A stretch of DNA of 63,662 nt, counting the filler, from Octopus bimaculoides (taxonomy: Eukaryota): NCBI RefSeq assembly GCF_001194135.2. It is 5 parts of 5 records of this genome, joined end to end, with 100 filler letters (N's around TTAATTAATTAA, not from the genome) between each part and the next. Parts side by side here need not be neighbours in the genome. Positions count along the whole stretch, not along the records: positions 58,098 to 62,441 come from NC_068994.1; positions 62,542 to 63,662 come from NC_068996.1; 3 more parts are not named here. One strand, given 5' to 3'. The notes under the pieces were generated by a model. That model did no database searches and was not told where the DNA came from. It worked only from the letters and a program-made list of their open reading frames with translations. Shown here piece by piece: positions 61,809 to 63,662 of the stretch; positions within the stretch are counted from its first letter, which is position 1; the number at the start of each line of letters is the position of its first letter. Made by a program: the position numbers and the translations under genes.

Positions 61809-62363
61809 GAGTGAGAGAGCAGTGCATGCCATCAAAGTGACACTGGGGTAAAATATACGAAGCCCATTATACCCATCATAACTACCTGTCTGATAAGAGT
61901 ACACCAGGTACATGCATCACAACCATATGTGCGCGACATGATGATCTCATATCAAGATAAACAGCGCATGTCCTCGCAGATGGGGCCCAGTTAGAATTTT
62001 CTTCAGGTCTAGTAGCTCATCCCGCTCAAAAGGTCCCCCAATAAGGTTTGTTTAAGGATGTTGAGAAAAGCACCCAAAGTTTCCAAAGATGAATTATTCA
62101 AACCCCAAAGAATTCCTCTCAACACATGGCTATGATGCTCCCCCACTACTTCTGCTCATGATCAGAGATTCACATATCGTCAGCCACCAAGGGACATGCT
62201 CAACTGGTTAAGGTCAAACAACTGACAAGCAAATCTGTGGTATTGAGCAGAATATTTGCTGTAGCCCATCTTTTATACCAAGACAAAACAATGTACATGA
62301 TAACACTTCCAATCAATTAAGATCAGAAGTCATGAGAGCCACTGCCTGGTACTGCATCCGGGC

Positions 62364-62365
<2 letters not shown>
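61809..62365 (-). mobile_element. 557-bp non-coding module bracketed by (TAA)n (Dong 5' UTR or non-autonomous partner)
   Basis: Sharp boundaries against (ATT)n on both sides, no ORF, GC-richer than its flanks. The strand is inferred from the adjacent Dong element. Confidence 0.6.

Positions 62366-62424
<59 letters not shown>
62366..62424. repeat. (TTA)n microsatellite
   Basis: Perfect repeat. Confidence 0.97.
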
Positions 62425-62427
<3 letters not shown>

Positions 62428-62541
62428 ATTATTAATTTTTTNNNNNNNNNNNNNNNNNNNNNNNNNNNNNNNNNNNNNNNNNNNNTTAATTAATTAANNN
62501 NNNNNNNNNNNNNNNNNNNNNNNNNNNNNNNNNNNNNNNNN

Positions 62542-62815
62542 ACTGAAAGAAGCCTGTCGTATATATGTATATATATATATATGTGTGTGTGTATGTGTTT
62601 GTATGTCTGTGTGTGTCCCCCAACATCGCTTGACAACCGATGCTGGTGTGTTTATGTCCCCGTAACTTAGCGGTTCGGCAAAATAGACCGATAGAATAAG
62701 TACTAGGTTTCCAAAGAATAAGTCCTGGGGTCGATTTGCTCGACTAAAGGCGGTGCTCCAGCATGGCCACAGTCAAAAGACTGAAACAAGTAAAAGAGTA
62801 AAAGAGTAAAAGAAT
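62542..62815 (+). mobile_element. SINE-A 3' two-thirds, young
   Basis: Near-consensus with a (GTAAAAGA)3 tail; the 5' end is lost in a gap. Confidence 0.92.
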
Positions 62816-62979
62816 ACATATATTTCTGTGTGTGTGTGTGTACACACACACACACACACATTTATATATATACCTATATATATATATGAATACCTTCCAA
62901 CACATACACACACACACACGAGTGTGTGCTATATACCCTCATATATACATATAAACAGAGTGAGAGAGAGAGAGAGAGG

Positions 62980-63034
<55 letters not shown>

Positions 63035-63069
63035 TGTTGAAGGGATAAGGAAAAGGGAAATTTATAAAC

Positions 63070-63270
63070 ACTGGCGGTGCTCTAGCATGGCCACNNNNNN
63101 NNNNACAACCGATGCAAGTGTGTTGACGTCCCCGTAACTTAGCGGTTCGGCAAAAGAGAACAATAGAATAAGTACTAGGCCTACAAAGAATAAGTCCTGG
63201 GGTCGATTTGCTTGACTAAAGTCGTTACTCTAGCATGATCTCAGTCAGATGACTGAAACAAGTAAAAGAT
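63070..63270 (+). mobile_element. SINE-A 3' fragments either side of a 10-N gap
   Basis: GGCGGTGCTCTAGCATGGCCAC, then ACAACCGATG...GACTGAAACAAGTAAAAG. Confidence 0.85.
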
Positions 63271-63284
63271 TAAAAGAATAAATA

Positions 63285-63500
63285 TGTGTGTGTGTTTGTC
63301 ACTTCACCATCATTTGACAACCGATGTTGGTGTGCTTACGTTCCCATAACATTAGCGGTTCGGCAAAAGAGACCGATAGAATAAGTACTAGGCTTACAAA
63401 GAATAACTCATGGGGTCGATATGCTCGACTAAAGGCGGTGCTCCAGCATGGCCGCAGTCAAATGACTGAAACGAGTAAAAGAATAAAATAAAAAGAATAA
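63285..63500 (+). mobile_element. SINE-A 3' half
   Basis: TTGACAACCGATG...GGCGGTGCTCCAGCATGGCCGCAGTCAAATGACTGAAAC. Confidence 0.9.
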
Positions 63501-63662
63501 AGCGAATAACGTTGAGTGATAAAAGAAATTGTATGAATAATACTGAGTGATAAAAAAAGATGTACGAATTATCCTGTTGTACATGAATTCAAAAAGTTTA
63601 AAGCAACTGAGTGAAGGGCTGAAAAAGTAAATATGAAAGAGGGCGTTTGAACTGGCTGAAAG

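Noticed and set aside
62542-63500. Recurrent 30-40-bp motifs that could suggest a CRISPR-like array
   Set aside because: The repeats are SINE segments with conserved, not unique, intervening sequence, in a eukaryotic context.

Overview
Eukaryotic, AT-rich, microsatellite-saturated draft-assembly window with many N gaps, four of them carrying an artificial TTAATTAATTAA linker. The SINE/LINE repertoire and repeat landscape look like an octopus (coleoid cephalopod) genome; this is inferred from pattern recognition, not from a search. No complete host protein-coding gene is visible, and the window reads like a long intron or intergenic region. It is dominated by decayed mobile DNA: several tRNA-headed SINE families (about 30 copies or fragments), three R4/Dong-type RLE retrotransposons (two of them bounded by (TAA)n), two Tx1/L1-clade LINEs, an RTE 3' end, Penelope-like (GIY-YIG) fragments with hammerhead-ribozyme relics, and Tc1, mariner and maT transposon pieces. 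The strongest non-routine signals are: (1) a textbook recursive splice site (AG|GTAAGT) heading a 94-nt exon with its own downstream donor at 20521-20684; (2) a U6 snRNA head fused to the SINE/LINE 3' stem-loop tail at 1232-1375; (3) two diverged copies of a roughly 240-bp segment 1860 bp apart that are conserved at the protein level (9122-9358 and 10978-11218); (4) a 557-bp non-coding module bracketed by (TAA)n directly upstream of a near full-length Dong/R4 element; and (5) a roughly 98-nt fold-back hairpin at 19109-19206. SINE family letters A-F are working labels used only in this report.
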